Shown: positions 40,714 to 48,699, counted from the first letter of the stretch. The stretch: DNA of 64,000 nucleotides from Candidatus Bilamarchaeaceae archaeon (GCA_038851325.1 JAWCKZ010000001.1:35769-99768), one strand, 5' to 3'. Numbers and translations are program-made. Notes: a model not told the origin generated them from the letters alone.

Positions 40714-41369
40714 ATAATCACCCCTTTTTGTGTTTGCTCGTAGTGCTCCTTAAAGAGCTTTATTCCTTTTTCTGTGAGAGGATGGTGCCAAAGTTGTTCC
40801 AGCACTGTAGGTGGGATGGTTGCTATGTGCGCGCCAGCAAGTGCCGCCTCTACTACATGCTTTTCAGAACGAACAGATGCAACAATTATCTCTGTTTTAA
40901 ACTTATAGTTTGTATACACCTGAACTATCTGTCTCACGAGCTCCATTCCATTCTCACCAATATCATCAAGCCTTCCAACAAAAGGAGAAACATATGTCGC
41001 GCCTGCCTTTGCAGCTATGAGTGCCTGCGGTACCGAAAAAACTAGGGTCACATTTGTCTTTATTCCCTTTTCTGACAATATACGAACTGCGCGCATGCCT
41101 TCCTTGGTCATTGGTATTTTTATTACTATATTGCTCCCCAATTTAACATACTCTTCTGCCTCTTTTACCATTCCTTCAGCATCATCACTTATGACCTCAA
41201 CACTTAGAGGTTTGTTGCCTAGTAACCGAGCGATCTCCCTGGCGGCTTCTTCCTGCGTCTTTCCAGCTTTCATAACGAGCGTAGGATTCGTAGTCACCCC
41301 ATCGCATACTCCTAACTCAAGCGCTTTCTTTATTTCTCCTGCGTTGGCAGTATCGATGAAAAATTTCAT
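40710..41369 (-). CDS. transaldolase / fructose-6-phosphate aldolase (family 3B)
   Basis: ORF 40710..41414 with start at the internal MKFFIDTAN. …FIDTANAGEIKKALELGVCDGVTTNPTLV… and the Schiff-base Lys region …IVIKIPMT…. Confidence 0.85.
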   Translation of the reverse strand: MKFFIDTANAGEIKKALELGVCDGVTTNPTLVMKAGKTQEEAAREIARLLGNKPLSVEVISDDAEGMVKEAEEYVKLGSNIVIKIPMTKEGMRAVRILSEKGIKTNVTLVFSVPQALIAAKAGATYVSPFVGRLDDIGENGMELVRQIVQVYTNYKFKTEIIVASVRSEKHVVEAALAGAHIATIPPTVLEQLWHHPLTEKGIKLFKEHYEQTQKGVIM

Positions 41370-41414
41370 ATCCTCCCACCAAGAAAAGAATAAAAGCAAA
41401 CAATTTAAGAGCAT

Positions 41415-42284
41415 TCACTTCATATTCTCAAGTATTCTTAATACATAATCCGCCCCACCGGTTAGAGAGCGCTCAAATAGTTCTGCGCATTCAATGACTG
41501 AAGCATCCGACTCTCGAGAGAGAACCTTTGCAGAGAAAAGTTCCACCAGTTTACCCTTTTTATCCAAAGGGATACCTGTATCACTTATAAGCGCACTAAC
41601 TGCTGTTCTATAGGAGTATATGACGTGTTTTCCAAATTTCTGATCAAGCTTAACTATGGTTCTACCAACACATCCTATAGTTGAAGCGCTCTTCAGCACG
41701 AGTGCAAGCTCAATGAATCGTTCCGTTGCGGATCTTAAGGTTTTCTCACCTATATAAGACAGCACATTCAATGCAGCGAGGATATCGGAGTTTGTAAACA
41801 CCTCTCCAATAGTTGCCAGAGCATCCTTGTCATGAATATTATTTAACTCAAAATCAATCCGCTTTAAAAAACAAAGAGAGGCAGGAAGACCGTTTTTCAT
41901 ATTAGAAATCCTGTCAGCTGCTTGAAGAACTTCAATAAAATCCGCCTCCTTTTCAAGCGCTAAAAGAATATTTATCAAAGCCTGCGCTACTTTTTCCTGA
42001 TCATCCTTCTCAGAAAATTTTTTAATGAAGGATATTGCGAGTCCATCGTCATTCACGAAATTTTTTTCTTCGCCTTCGAATTTACCGAAGAAGGCTTCAA
42101 CAAAAATATGGAACTCGCTGTTGGCCACTTTTATTCTAAGAGGGGGTGGTGTTCTAAAAATTTGTGAGATGCCCGTATCCTTCATTGGTTCTTCTATCAT
42201 AGTCGGCGAACGCGATGTGAGAGTTATCCTCTTTTTAATGACTTCTGGCGTGTATCTTCGTTGGTTTCTCTCATCGATTTTCAT
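41415..42284 (-). CDS. hypothetical protein (about 290 aa)
   Basis: ORF 41415..42347, probable start at the internal MKIDERNQ. Confidence 0.45.
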   Translation of the reverse strand: MKIDERNQRRYTPEVIKKRITLTSRSPTMIEEPMKDTGISQIFRTPPPLRIKVANSEFHIFVEAFFGKFEGEEKNFVNDDGLAISFIKKFSEKDDQEKVAQALINILLALEKEADFIEVLQAADRISNMKNGLPASLCFLKRIDFELNNIHDKDALATIGEVFTNSDILAALNVLSYIGEKTLRSATERFIELALVLKSASTIGCVGRTIVKLDQKFGKHVIYSYRTAVSALISDTGIPLDKKGKLVELFSAKVLSRESDASVIECAELFERSLTGGADYVLRILENMK

Positions 42285-42498
42285 ATCTCCCCCTCCGACC
42301 CACACCAAACTATATAACATAACAGCAAAAAAATTTAAAGTTTGCACAAATTAATTGCCAATTTCAAGTTCTAAAACTATTTTAGAAACAACCAAATGTG
42401 TTCAGTACACATGAAGATACACAAAAGATGAAATAGTGGATGAGTTCGGTCATCGTTATGCGTATAATTTTAAACTCTTACCAATATGATTATGATTT

Positions 42499-43062
42499 GT
42501 GGTTGGTATGATAAAGAAGTGCTGGTATGCAAAAGATAGTGTGCCAATGAAAAACGAGGAAACCAAAAATAATGAGAAAAAAATAAGAAAATTGATAAGT
42601 AGCGTTCCAGGGCTAAAAGAAGGATTAATGATTACTGGGATTATGCTTACTCTCCCGTTATGTCAAATCAACGAAACAGGGCGTAGTAATAAATCGTCCC
42701 GACCTTATGTTGTGCAATCCGCTGTGGCTGAGAAGAAGCCACAACCATCGCTTATTTTACACGAAGGAATGCTCAAAGAATTAGTACTCCTTATGAAAGA
42801 GGGCAGTTCTGCCAGTTTCAGGCTAACTGAAAGAACTCAGACTGCGATATTCCTTAAGATAGTCAGCATATCTGAAGAGGGGGTGGACATTGCGCTTGGT
42901 ACAGAAATCCTTGGAGAAAAACCTGCCCGCCAAATTGTCAGAGTCAGTTATGGCGAAGCAGAGCTGGGGAACAACCCGATTAAGAAGCTTGCTGTAAAAA
43001 AAGAAAGCGATGGAGAAGTGACCATTAGAATATTCTTAAACACCAGCTTTAAACCTCAATGA
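42499..43062 (+). CDS. hypothetical protein (187 aa)
   Basis: ORF track only. Confidence 0.4.
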   Translation: MVGMIKKCWYAKDSVPMKNEETKNNEKKIRKLISSVPGLKEGLMITGIMLTLPLCQINETGRSNKSSRPYVVQSAVAEKKPQPSLILHEGMLKELVLLMKEGSSASFRLTERTQTAIFLKIVSISEEGVDIALGTEILGEKPARQIVRVSYGEAELGNNPIKKLAVKKESDGEVTIRIFLNTSFKPQ

Positions 43063-44278
43063 GTTCCTTGAAGAATTTTGGAAGTGCGAAAGCCGCTTTA
43101 TGTATCTCTGGAGTATAGTATTGTAATCCTTTTAACTCCCGCGCTCTTTTTTCGTCAAATTTAAATGGGTCGTATTTTTTTGAGCAAAAAGAAAATCCTA
43201 TAACCCCGCTCGGATAGGTCGGCACATTCGCATAATAATATTTGTATATTGGAAATAGTTTCTTGTTAAAGCATGCCATATCCTTCAAAAGGTCTTGATG
43301 GTAGTACATAGATTCTGATTGCGTTACCACGATTCCATCCGCCCTGCACGCATCTCTCAGATCTCTATAAAAATCCTCTTTGAAAAGCGGTTCTGCTGGA
43401 CCTACAGGATCAGACGAGTCAACGAGTATAACATCATAATAGTCTTTTTTTCCTTTTATGAATTTTGAGCCGTCTTCGTAGAATATCGTTAACCGTGGGT
43501 CGTTGAGTGCACAACTAACCTTCGGAAAATATTTTTTCGCTGCACCTACAACCATCTTATCTATCTCGCACATATGGATCTCGTTAACACACTTATGCTT
43601 TGCAATCTCGCGCACAGCGCCACCATCTCCTCCTCCTATGACAAGAACGCGCTGCGGGTTAGGATGAACAAGCAGAGGAACATGCACTATCATCTCATGA
43701 TAAACAAACTCGTCATATTCGGTGAGCATCACCGCACCATCAAGCACCATCATCCTTCCAAAATGATCTGTCTCAAAAATTTGCATGTGCTGGAAAGGTG
43801 AGTGCTCATCGTGCAATAGTTTCTTAATTCCGATTGATAGCGCTCTCCCTTTAAGCGTCTCTTCCTTTTCCTGGAATGCCGCTTTTCTATAAATCGTGTT
43901 TATCTTGTAATCCGCTGCGCCAAACCATTTTTTCGTAAACTCTGCTGCCTTATAGGGATCAAAGTGTTTACAACTGAAAATGTCAATATATGCATACCCT
44001 GCTTTTGTTTTTTGGTCTATTCCAAAATGGCCTGTAATTCCTGATGTTTCTATAAGCTGAAAAGCAGAGTAGCCTTTAACTCGTGGGTCTTCTCCGAAAT
44101 ATACAATATGTGGTTCACCGTATCTTTTCATATCTATCAGTTTGCACAGTTCTATTATCCACTGCTCGATTGTTTCCTTTGATTCGACTTTCTTAGAGTC
44201 GCACATAATTAGATCAACCGAAGCAAGCATCCCCCATACGCCAAACCTTTTGTATTCGTGTTCTGTATATTCGTACAT
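43049..44278 (-). CDS. speE: fused AdoMetDC-like domain + spermidine synthase (aminopropyltransferase)
   Basis: The N-terminal ~130 aa parallel AdoMetDC (…GYSAFQLIETSGITGHFGID…YAYIDIFSCKHF… versus canonical …ESHISIHTWPE…YAAVDIFTCG…). The C-terminal part is spermidine synthase (…VLVIGGGDGGAVRE…, …VDSSDPVGPA…). Confidence 0.75.
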   Translation of the reverse strand: MYEYTEHEYKRFGVWGMLASVDLIMCDSKKVESKETIEQWIIELCKLIDMKRYGEPHIVYFGEDPRVKGYSAFQLIETSGITGHFGIDQKTKAGYAYIDIFSCKHFDPYKAAEFTKKWFGAADYKINTIYRKAAFQEKEETLKGRALSIGIKKLLHDEHSPFQHMQIFETDHFGRMMVLDGAVMLTEYDEFVYHEMIVHVPLLVHPNPQRVLVIGGGDGGAVREIAKHKCVNEIHMCEIDKMVVGAAKKYFPKVSCALNDPRLTIFYEDGSKFIKGKKDYYDVILVDSSDPVGPAEPLFKEDFYRDLRDACRADGIVVTQSESMYYHQDLLKDMACFNKKLFPIYKYYYANVPTYPSGVIGFSFCSKKYDPFKFDEKRARELKGLQYYTPEIHKAAFALPKFFKELIEV

Positions 44279-44358
44279 CTGTCAACCCCCACATTCTAAT
44301 TCAAAATTTTATGTGCTCATATTAAATAAAAAATTTAAATGTATCATCATTGGTAGAA

Positions 44359-44510
44359 CCCTAAAACGCAGGGAGGGGGCTGATGTTTTCTTCTATTCCC
44401 CTCCCTTCATTTTTAGGGCTAATTCTGATTCCCTCCCTAAAACGCAGGGAGGGGGCTGATGTTTTCTTCTATTCCCCTCCCTTCATTTTTAGGGCTAATT
44501 CTGATTCCCT
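44359..44510 (+). repeat. two exact tandem copies of a 76-nt unit, each a long near-perfect hairpin (CCCTAAAA…GGGAGGGG…CCCCTCCC…TTTTTAGGG)
   Basis: Copy 1 at 44359-44434 and copy 2 at 44435-44510, read directly. ORF-track entries 44142..44459 and 44383..44628 are translations of this repeat. Confidence 0.85.
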
Positions 44511-44598
44511 CCCCTTTCTGTTTATTTATGTTTGTTTATTTATCTTTTTGTTTGTTTTATGTTTTTGTGTTTTTGTTTTGCGCCGATTTTATTTCAGA

Positions 44599-44717
44599 AG
44601 AAAACCTCCCACGACCGCCGTGGCCTGAGAGAAACATAAGTCCACGGCACATAGAAAACATTAGGAAAACAGAGAAAACAGAAAGAAACTTAAGAAAACA
44701 GGAGGAATACATAAAAA
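44599..44717 (+). repeat. single copy of the ~105-nt RNA-gene-associated module, ending exactly at the 5' end of the candidate ncRNA
   Basis: …gaaaacctcccacgaccgccgtggcctgagagaaacataagtccacggcacatagaaaacattaggaaaacagagaaaacagaaagaaacttaagaaaacaggaggaatacataaaaag. The last ~30 nt are identical to the 30 nt preceding tRNA-Arg(TCG). Confidence 0.8.
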
Positions 44718-44923
44718 GGTGAGGAGAGTAGTCTGCCTTCTGTTGTAGCGGCATTTTACTACGCGGCGTAAAGCCTTGCACAATCATCGAAAGGAAAGCG
44801 TCCGTTTCATCCAAGTCAAAGCTTGGTATCGTTTCTGTTACGCTTTCAGCTCCTTAAGAGCATCACATTCTCTTGTGGGCAGAACTTCCTCCGAATCATT
44901 CGGTGAGCCGCTCTCTCCTCACC
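44718..44923 (+). ncRNA. candidate structured ncRNA (~206 nt) closed by an 11-bp terminal helix; identity unresolved (SRP RNA-like or RNase P-like motifs)
   Basis: 5' GGTGAGGAGAG pairs perfectly with 3' CTCTCTCCTCACC. Internal hairpins include CCAAG-TCAAAG-CTTGG and CCGAA-TCA-TTCGG, plus a GNRA-tetraloop-like …UCGAAAGGAAAGCGUCCG…. No ORF of at least 60 aa on this strand. It sits where the repeat module otherwise precedes tRNAs. Confidence 0.5.
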
Positions 44924-45214
44924 ATATTTATCTGGAATTTGAAGGATTTAAATCTTTGCAGGGCATCAAGCTTTTCGCTCCTTTACTTCCACTTGTTCTT
45001 GACTTGCTTTTCAGATAAAATTCGGCGAGTGAAATGTTTATTATTCTGCTAGGCCAAAGCAAACAACTGAGAGAATACTAAAGATACCTGTGAATAGCGC
45101 AGCGCCCAAAATGAAAAGAGATTACTCTTATATAGCTAACTGCTTTTTACAATACAATCTATGATCAATCTATGATTTTGTTGTACATTTACTTAAGACC
45201 TTCTTTTACTAACG

Positions 45215-45222
45215 AAAAAAAA
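45215..45222 (-). terminator. oligo-T tract (T8 on the minus strand) immediately 3' of tRNA-Phe
   Basis: aaaaaaaa on the plus strand at 45215-45222, directly after the tRNA discriminator base. Confidence 0.4.
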
Positions 45223-45350
45223 TGCCGCGGGCCGGAGTTTTTGGCAGCTGCGCGGGCAGCCTGAACCAGCGACCCCTCGGTCTTCAGCCGAGTGCTCTCC
45301 CAACAGCACGCCCTAGTGGCGAACCACCCAGAGCTCTGAGCTACCGCGGC
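45223..45350 (-). tRNA. tRNA-Phe (anticodon GAA) with two non-canonical introns: about 32 nt in the D-loop and about 23 nt in the T-loop
   Basis: Minus-strand reading: GCCGCGG-TA-GCTC-AG[AGCTCTGGGTGGTTCGCCACTAGGGCGTGCTG]TTGGGA-GAGC-A-CTCGG-CTGAAGA-CCGAG-GGGTC-GCTGG-TTCA[GGCTGCCCGCGCAGCTGCCAAAA]ACT-CCGGC-CCGCGGC-A. Removing the bracketed segments gives a canonical 73-nt tRNA-Phe with the classic AGTTGGGAGAGC D-arm. Confidence 0.6.
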
Positions 45351-45395
45351 ACTGATAAGATGTTAATGCCAAAAAAATAAAAAATTTGGACAATC

Positions 45396-45485
45396 TTAAA
45401 ATTCTTCTTCCTCTTCTTCCTCCCATTCTTCTTCGTCTTCTTCCTCTTCCCACTCCTCTTCTTCATCTGCTTCGAAATGCCTCAT
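45396..45485 (-). CDS. possible 29-aa ultra-acidic mini-ORF (MRHFEADEEEEWEEEEDEEEWEEEEEEF)
   Basis: Read from the sequence. May simply be an artefact of a GAA/GAG-rich tract. Confidence 0.2.
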   Translation of the reverse strand: MRHFEADEEEEWEEEEDEEEWEEEEEEEF

Positions 45486-45539
45486 AGGATATCACCACTT
45501 AAAAACTGGAGAGTAATACATAGAAACTATTAAAAATGT

Positions 45540-45656
45540 TTAGCCGTCGCAAGCACCCCAGCCGCAGCTTAGACAAGTCATACAACCTTCTTGAAACACA
45601 AGCGGAGTATCGCAGACTGGACACAAACCATTTTTTATTTTTTCTTCGTCGCTCAT
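45540..45656 (-). CDS. possible 38-aa Cys4 zinc-ribbon mini-protein (MSDEEKIKNGLCPVCDTPLVFQEGCMTCLSCGWGACDG)
   Basis: ATG to TAA ORF with a CPVC…CLSC spacing typical of zinc ribbons. Under 60 aa, so absent from the ORF track. Confidence 0.4.
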   Translation of the reverse strand: MSDEEKIKNGLCPVCDTPLVFQEGCMTCLSCGWGACDG

Positions 45657-45875
45657 GATCGCACCCATCCTTTTTTTCGCAGAAATTTTAAATCTGTTGC
45701 TTTCCACCCCTAGAGTTAAGTTCCATAATAGATATAAGTTGACAACTCATAAGCTACTCTTTTCGTCATTGCCGATTGGCTCCGTCTGGGACGGTAATTT
45801 CATCGTTGCCATGTTTATAGGAGAGATCCTTATATAAATTATTTTCTACCATCGAAAGACCGCGTAAGTGCTTAA

Positions 45876-46126
45876 AAACTTACCTGAGAAAAACTAAACA
45901 GCTGCCGTGGCCTGAGAAAAACATAAGCCCACGGCACATAGAAAACATTTAGAAAACAGAGAAAACAGAAAGAAACTTAAGAAAATAGTAAGAAAACCTA
46001 AATAGTAAGAAAACCTCCACGACCGCCGTGGCCTGAGAAAAACATAAGCCCACGGCACCTTGAGAACATTTAGAAAACAGAGAAAACAGAAAGAAACTTA
46101 AGAAAATAGTAAGAATAAATAAAAAC
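45876..46126 (+). repeat. two tandem copies of the ~105-nt RNA-gene-associated module immediately 5' of tRNA-Arg(TCT)
   Basis: …ccgtggcctgagaaaaacataagcccacggcacatagaaaacatttagaaaacagagaaaacagaaagaaacttaagaaaatagtaagaaaacctaaatagtaagaaaacctccacgaccgccgtggcctgag… read directly. A TATA-like cttatataaa sits about 45 nt upstream, around 45829-45838. Confidence 0.8.
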
Positions 46127-46232
46127 GGGCCCGTGGCGCAGCCTGGATAGCGCAGCAGCCTTCTATGCGTTTCGAACTTCGTTCAAACCCCAAGAGAGCT
46201 GACGGTCGCGAGTTCAAATCTCGCCGGGCCCG
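46127..46232 (+). tRNA. tRNA-Arg (anticodon TCT) with a 31-nt intron at the canonical 37/38 position
   Basis: GGGCCCG-TG-GCGC-AGCCTGGATA-GCGC-A-GCAGC-CTTCTA[TGCGTTTCGAACTTCGTTCAAACCCCAAGAG]A-GCTGA-CGGTC-GCGAG-TTCAAAT-CTCGC-CGGGCCC-G. The T-arm and acceptor are perfect. The anticodon stem has one G/A mismatch at its base. Confidence 0.6.
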
Positions 46233-46276
46233 CTGATGGCATTTAAGTTTCAACCACGCCCTTTGGAGGTGGGAAG

Positions 46277-46531
46277 ATGACGGTAGAAAAGAGCCTAAGT
46301 AAAATATGCGAAATGATGGATGACATAACTAGTGATACAGCGGTTCCTAAAAATATCCGCCGTGCTGTGTCCGAAGCTAAGAGTAGGCTTGAAGGAACAG
46401 AGGAACTGTCGGTTAAAATAAGCGCGGCCATCTATCTCATAGAGTCAGTAAGCGATGACGTCAACATGCCGCCCCACACTAGATCACAGATATGGGCGAT
46501 CCTAGGAGCCCTTGAATCTATAAAGAAATGA
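46277..46531 (+). CDS. small conserved archaeal protein (84 aa)
   Basis: ORF track. 4-nt overlap with the PolD small subunit start suggests co-translation. Confidence 0.5.
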   Translation: MTVEKSLSKICEMMDDITSDTAVPKNIRRAVSEAKSRLEGTEELSVKISAAIYLIESVSDDVNMPPHTRSQIWAILGALESIKK

Positions 46532-47949
46532 CGGTTATGGATAGTCTTGCTCAGAACGAAATTCGTCTTTCTGTAGAGGCAGAGGAACTGCTAAAGAAAA
46601 ACGAACATATCATAGATAAGGTCCTCTCTCTAAATAAACCTTTTATCACAAAAGATGATGTAGAGGCAATTTTGAATGAGTCGAAGCCAGTTGAGGTAGA
46701 GTTTAAGAAAAGCGATTTTCTACCAGAGGCAAAGAATTACAACGCTGACATCCGTGTTCTTCATCAATTGGATGTGACATCAAAATCCAGAACGCGCGGA
46801 GAAGTTGAAAATTTTGTAAATTATTTTAGGAACAGGTATGAGCGCCTTGCAAGGATAATGCGTACAACTACGCGAAATATTCAAACACTCTCGGTGAATG
46901 ACGCAAAGAGACGTGTTGGAGAAAGAGTAAGAATTGTAGTTATGGTAACTGAAAAAAGGAAAACGCAGAAAGGAAATCTTTTCCTCGAAGTTGAGGATGA
47001 AAGCGGTTCCTTTAAAGTGATCTTTTCCGGAGGTTCACAAAAGAAGGCAGAGACGGTGGCGCTTGATGATGTTGTTGCGATCACCGGCAAAGTGCTCGAG
47101 CCATACATGATAGCAGACGATGTCGAGTGGCCGGATATCCCGGTCACACGTGAGAAAAGGCTCTCAGAGAGAGACCTCGCAATTGCGTATATATCTGATA
47201 TCCATTTCGGCAGCAACAATTTTCTCAGCAATTATCTAGAGCGATTTGTGAGATGGCTATATGGAGAAGGAGATGAGAGTGCAAGAAAAATAGCAAGCAA
47301 GGTGAAATATATTATTGTGGCTGGAGACGTCGTAGATGGAATAGGTGTCTACCCAAAGCAGGAAAAGGAGTTAAGCATTAAAGATATCTATAAACAATAC
47401 GAGATGTTTGATAATTTTGTTCACGAACTTCCTGATTATATAGATGTTATTGTATGCCCGGGTAATCATGATGCTGTAAGACGTGGCGAACCCATGCCAG
47501 CCATTCCGAAGGAATTCATAAAAACAGACGTAGTACGAATAGGCAGCCCATCGTATGTAGTAGTGGACGGTATAAAGCATCTTGTTTATCACGGAACATC
47601 TATCGACTCGTTTGTGGCTAATATTCCTGGAATGTCATATGCGCATCCGGAAAAGGTCATGGTAGAGTATTTAAGAAGAAGACATCTCTCGCCTGTTTAT
47701 GGTGAGAATCTAATTGTGCCTGAAAATATAGATTATCTTGTAGTTGAAGAAATACCGGATGTTATACATTGCGGTCACGTACACAAAAACAGTTACGCGC
47801 AATATAGAAATGTTATGCTAATAAATTCTGGCACGTTTCAGGCACGAACAGAATATCAGATAAAGCAGGGGCATGTCCCAACACCTGGTTTTGTTCCAGT
47901 TTATGAGCTAAAAACTGGTAGGCTTCGCACTTTGGATTTTACAAAGTGA
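46528..47949 (+). CDS. DNA polymerase D (Pol II) small subunit DP1 (calcineurin-like phosphoesterase/exonuclease)
   Basis: N-terminal OB region and an MPP-fold phosphoesterase domain (…IAYISDIHFGS…, …VAGDVVDG…, …CPGNHD…, …GHVH…). Confidence 0.9.
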   Translation: MTVMDSLAQNEIRLSVEAEELLKKNEHIIDKVLSLNKPFITKDDVEAILNESKPVEVEFKKSDFLPEAKNYNADIRVLHQLDVTSKSRTRGEVENFVNYFRNRYERLARIMRTTTRNIQTLSVNDAKRRVGERVRIVVMVTEKRKTQKGNLFLEVEDESGSFKVIFSGGSQKKAETVALDDVVAITGKVLEPYMIADDVEWPDIPVTREKRLSERDLAIAYISDIHFGSNNFLSNYLERFVRWLYGEGDESARKIASKVKYIIVAGDVVDGIGVYPKQEKELSIKDIYKQYEMFDNFVHELPDYIDVIVCPGNHDAVRRGEPMPAIPKEFIKTDVVRIGSPSYVVVDGIKHLVYHGTSIDSFVANIPGMSYAHPEKVMVEYLRRRHLSPVYGENLIVPENIDYLVVEEIPDVIHCGHVHKNSYAQYRNVMLINSGTFQARTEYQIKQGHVPTPGFVPVYELKTGRLRTLDFTK

Positions 47950-48030
47950 GATCTATGGAGCAAAATCAATTTTTAGCTGACCTTACTCACATTTTTATTT
48001 TTATGTCTATAAGTAAATGATAGACCGACC

Positions 48031-48699
48031 ATGATATCTTCGGTTTTTTTTGATATCGATGATACACTATTTCCATCAACAGAATTCTCAGAGTTCGCAC
48101 GAAGGAACGCGATACGCGCGCTCATAGCCATGGGCTTACCTTATAGTGAGAGTAAGATAACACGCATTCTCAATGATATTGTAGCCAAAAAGGGTTCGAA
48201 CTATCCCAGACATTTTGATGAGGTTCTTAAAAGGCTTGGCGTGAAAAACCGCAATCGCTATGTTGCGGCTGCTGTTGCGGCGTATCATGATACAAAAGCG
48301 TCGATTTCTCCGTATCCTGAAGTGCCGCGGATTCTCGTCGCACTTAAGAGCGCAGGGAAAAGGATATACGTCGCGTCCGATGGCATTGAAGTAAAACAAT
48401 GGGACAAACTTATACGAATGAAAATTGCGCTTTTTTTTGATGATGTTTTCGTCTCAGAAAATCTCAAGATAAAAAAAGGGGAAAATTTTTACAAAGAAAT
48501 ACTGCGAAAGCTTCGTGCGAAACCGAACGAATGTCTTATGGTAGGCGACAGGGAAGACAAAGACATCGTACCGGCAAAGAAAGCTGGAATGCTAACCTTT
48601 AGAGTCTTTAGAGGGAAGTACAGCACAAAGCATAAGAGCACGGTAGCGGACTATTACGGAGATGATCTCACACGGCTCGTTGATATAGTAAAAAGATGA
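48031..48699 (+). CDS. HAD-superfamily hydrolase
   Basis: Motif I FFDIDDTLF, motif II/III region …VASDG…, motif IV …MVGDREDKDIVPAKKAG…. Confidence 0.7.
   Translation: MISSVFFDIDDTLFPSTEFSEFARRNAIRALIAMGLPYSESKITRILNDIVAKKGSNYPRHFDEVLKRLGVKNRNRYVAAAVAAYHDTKASISPYPEVPRILVALKSAGKRIYVASDGIEVKQWDKLIRMKIALFFDDVFVSENLKIKKGENFYKEILRKLRAKPNECLMVGDREDKDIVPAKKAGMLTFRVFRGKYSTKHKSTVADYYGDDLTRLVDIVKR

Noticed and set aside
44142-44628. ORF-track entries 44142..44459 (+), 44383..44628 (+) and 30644..30874 (+) as protein-coding genes.
   Set aside because: They are translations through the exact tandem 76-nt hairpin repeat and the RNA-associated repeat module. The duplicated peptides (…LKRREGADVFFYSPPFIFRANSDSLP… twice) reflect DNA repetition, not protein domains.
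45223-45350. Reading the GCCGCGG…CCGCGGC-bounded 128-nt RNA as a small SRP-like or other ncRNA rather than a tRNA.
   Set aside because: Removing two insertions gives a complete canonical tRNA-Phe, with the diagnostic Phe D-loop AGTTGGGAGAGC and CTGAAGA anticodon loop. That is a much more specific explanation than a generic hairpin RNA.
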